This document shows, one piece after another, positions 61,320 to 64,000 of a stretch of DNA of 64,000 nt. The number at the start of each line of letters is the position of its first letter. Position 1 is the first letter of the stretch. The notes under the pieces were generated by a model. The model was not told where the DNA came from. It saw only the letters and a program-made list of their open reading frames with translations, and searched no databases. The DNA is from an uncultured Acidobacteriota bacterium (GTDB lineage Bacteria; Acidobacteriota; UBA6911), in contig CAWJKZ010000015.1 of assembly GCA_963843575.1 (NCBI GenBank), positions 64,001 to 128,000 on the forward strand, given 5' to 3'. Both the position numbers and the translations under genes were made by a program.

Positions 61320-62633
61320 TCACATCATCCCGCGACGCGCGACCCCGTCCATGACTTCGCAGAAGCGGTCCAGCTCGGGAAGGGTCGTGTAGACGTTCGG
61401 GGTGATCCGGATCCCTCTGAACTCGTCGTGCACGATGGGAGTTGTGTATATCTTGTGTTTGTCCATCAGGTAGCCGACCAGCTTGACCGGGTCGGTTCCC
61501 TCGATCTCGACGTTGGCGATCCCGCAGGACTGCCGGTCGTCGAACGAGGTGTTGAAGCGCACGTTCGGCGCATCCTTCAAACGGTTCATCCAGTACCGGG
61601 CCAGATAACGGAGGCGCGCCTCCTTGCGTTGCGGTCCGATCCCGTCGTGGAAGAGTATGGCTTCCCCGATGGCCAGCCGCGGGGCGGCGGAATGGGTGCC
61701 CACCTCTTCGAACTTGCGGATGTCGGCGGCGTTTTTCCGCTCCGCCGCCATGAGCGGCCAGATTTTCGGGATGCGCTCGCGCTTTACGTACAGGAGCCCG
61801 GTGCCTTTGGGTGCATAAAGCCACTTGTGCAGGCTCGTGCCGAAGTAATCGCAACCCAGGTCGGCCTGTTTGAAATCGAAGTGGGCGAACGAGTGCGCGC
61901 CGTCGACGATGACCTCGATGCCCCGCGCGCGCGCCAGGTCGCAGATCGCTTTGACCGGCGTGATCTGTCCCGTGATATTCACGACGTGCGAGATCAGGAT
62001 GACGCGGGTCCGCGGCGTTATCCCGCGCGCGAACGCGTCGGTGATCTCGTCGAGGTCCTTGGGCGGCACCGGGATTTTGACCATCTTCAAGGCGATCCCC
62101 TCGCGGGCCTCGCGCTGCCTCAGGGTCGTGAGCATCCGGGGGTAGTCCTGGGTCGTCGTGAGGATCTCGTCGCCGGACTTGAGGTCCATACCCATGAGCA
62201 GGATCTCCAGCGACTCGGATGCGTTCCGGGTTATGGCGATCTCCTCCGGGTCGCAGCCGAACAGCCGGGCGAGGCCGCTTCGGACCGTCTCCGACTGGGG
62301 CTCGAGGATCTGCCACATGGTATAGGCGGTGACGTCCTCCTGTTCCCAGATGTAGCGGATGAGCGATTCGGTCACGATGCGGGGCGATGGGGAGACCCCC
62401 CCGTTGTTGAGGTTGGTGATGCCGCGCGTGACCGTGAAGGCGCGCTGAATGTCGAACCAGAAATCTTCGTCCAGCGCAGCCTGATCCGGGGCGAGATGCT
62501 CTACGCGGCGCGCCGCCGCGCGAATCTCGCCGAGCAATGAGGCGACCGTGGCGGAGGAGAGGGCTGCCAGCCCGATCCCCGTGCCCGCCATCGATAGGAA
62601 CTGCCTTCGACCGGATGCACCTGCTGCCGTCAT
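61320..62633 (-). CDS. Class V PLP aminotransferase (isopenicillin N epimerase-like) with Tat signal
   Basis: GRRQFL; NLNNGGVSPSP, VDGAH and SLHKWL motifs. Confidence 0.88.
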   Translation of the reverse strand: MTAAGASGRRQFLSMAGTGIGLAALSSATVASLLGEIRAAARRVEHLAPDQAALDEDFWFDIQRAFTVTRGITNLNNGGVSPSPRIVTESLIRYIWEQEDVTAYTMWQILEPQSETVRSGLARLFGCDPEEIAITRNASESLEILLMGMDLKSGDEILTTTQDYPRMLTTLRQREAREGIALKMVKIPVPPKDLDEITDAFARGITPRTRVILISHVVNITGQITPVKAICDLARARGIEVIVDGAHSFAHFDFKQADLGCDYFGTSLHKWLYAPKGTGLLYVKRERIPKIWPLMAAERKNAADIRKFEEVGTHSAAPRLAIGEAILFHDGIGPQRKEARLRYLARYWMNRLKDAPNVRFNTSFDDRQSCGIANVEIEGTDPVKLVGYLMDKHKIYTTPIVHDEFRGIRITPNVYTTLPELDRFCEVMDGVARRGMM

Positions 62634-63188
62634 AGCGACCTCCGGGATTGGTTTGAGAATGCGTCATTGTAACGCGGGCTGGGGTTTTTTCGGATGCAGA
62701 TTGACGTGGATCGAGGAACGGCACCTGGTGACGGGCCGCAGCCGATCCGTCGAGTGTTGGAAGGAGGCCGGGGGTAAACTCCCGGCCCCCTGGTGGGCTA
62801 GTTCACCATTTACTCACGAGCGAAAGACCGGGGAGATGCGGACGATCCTGGAAGGAGCAAACCGCATACCATCCGGGCGCGCCCCGTCGGATCGACTCAA
62901 CTCACTCTAATGGTGTGAATTGCCTGGATCCGACCCGACAAGGCGATTCAGCAGGTGAATGTGGGTATTCGTAAAGTATTCCGACGCGCGAAGGGCCCGA
63001 GGCAGCAGCCGGCGGCTGTAATCTGTTTTGCACTAATACTTTGCAGGCCCGTAATCCCGCGCGACCAACCGCGCCGACACTGACGGAAGGTTTTACAGCA
63101 CCGGCGGCACGGGTTGCCCGCGATCGGGGCTACAAAATGATTGCATCGGATCGCGGAACCCTTTATCTTCAGAGAGCTACGAACCGTT

Positions 63189-64000
63189 ATGGAATTGGTG
63201 TGCCGGCATCGTCTGGGTTGGTCCTTGCTCTTTCTCGCGCTTCTTTGCGTGGTGCAGGGACTGGCGGCGAAGACCCGCAAGACGTCTCTCAAGCCATACG
63301 AGTTTGCACTTGCCCGCATGGGCACCATGTTTCGAATCGTGGCGTACGATTCGGAACAGTCCAGGGCAGCGAGTGCGGCGACGGCTGCGTTCGAGCGCAT
63401 CGAGGAGCTCGAGGCTGTCCTGAGCGATTATCGCGAGGACAGCGAGGTTACCAGCCTTTGTCGTGACGGGAACAATGCGCCCCGCGGGGTGAGTCCGGAA
63501 CTGTTCTCGGTGCTGGAGCAATCGCTCCGGATTTCGCGGCTGAGCGGGGGGGCTTTCGACGTCACGGTCGGCCCCGTCGTGCGGCTCTGGCGGGAGGCGC
63601 GCAGGAGCGGCCGCGTCCCGGACACCGACGCGCTGAAGAAGGCCCGCGCCGCCGTAGGATATGGCAACGTTGAGTTGAACCCGGATGCGCGGACCGTTTG
63701 GCTCAAGCTTCCGGGGATGCAGCTGGACTTCGGCGGGATCGGCAAGGGGTACGCCGCCGACCAGGCGCTGGCGCTGCTGCGCGAGCGGGGTATCGCGTGC
63801 GCGCTGGTGGATGCCGGAGGTGATTTGACGCTGGGTGCCTCGCCTCCGGGGACGCCGGGGTGGAGGATCGTGCTCCGCAACCCGGACACGGCGCGGGGTG
63901 CCGAGCCTGGCGTCATGTTCCTGCACGACGTGGGCGTCGCGACCTCCGGGGATGCCTTCCAGTATCTGGAGGTCGACGGGCGGCGCTACTCGCACATCGT
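63189..64000 (+). CDS. apbE: FAD:protein FMN transferase, partial (runs off the window end)
   Basis: MGT, GAFDVTVGP, LDFGGIGKGYAAD, GVATSGD and YSHI motifs translated from the + strand. Confidence 0.9.
   Translation, partial: MELVCRHRLGWSLLFLALLCVVQGLAAKTRKTSLKPYEFALARMGTMFRIVAYDSEQSRAASAATAAFERIEELEAVLSDYREDSEVTSLCRDGNNAPRGVSPELFSVLEQSLRISRLSGGAFDVTVGPVVRLWREARRSGRVPDTDALKKARAAVGYGNVELNPDARTVWLKLPGMQLDFGGIGKGYAADQALALLRERGIACALVDAGGDLTLGASPPGTPGWRIVLRNPDTARGAEPGVMFLHDVGVATSGDAFQYLEVDGRRYSHI

Noticed and set aside
62830-62910. Glycine riboswitch (GAAGGAGCAA similarity)
   Set aside because: Lacks the GGAGA..CCGAAG and CTCTCAGG core elements; the downstream gene is not glycine-related.

Overview
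GC-rich bacterial window, most likely Acidobacteriota. That assignment is inferred from the ADOP-type MacB permease, the TPR+FG-GAP/ASPIC-UnbV protein and the TonB-dependent receptor. Most genes are metabolic or envelope genes (aqpZ, Glu dehydrogenase, GH29 fucosidase, ilvE, malQ, hemE, S46/M49 peptidases, a Fur/PerR-rubrerythrin-FeS-DUF3501 cluster, apbE). Intergenic regions hold many copies of several palindromic REP-like repeat families. The most notable structure is a 4,170-bp element (6202-10371) with perfect 28-bp terminal inverted repeats and a 10-bp target-site duplication. It has no intact transposase. It carries a Zn-ribbon/Ser-Thr kinase/TPR/TM/FGE(C-type-lectin fold) gene whose last ~135 nt look like a diversity-generating retroelement (DGR) variable region, followed by a pyrimidine repeat, a long hairpin and a truncated HRDC-type DGR accessory gene. 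I found no template repeat or DGR reverse transcriptase in the window. A 377-bp MITE with the same ends and a 9-bp duplication lies at 57872-58248. A second family of inverted-repeat-bounded elements (GGGGACGGACCA ends, IHF-like site) is also present. Four genes are frameshifted, possibly through assembly indels. I recognised no rRNA, tRNA or CRISPR array. All family assignments come from motif recognition by eye, not from database searches.
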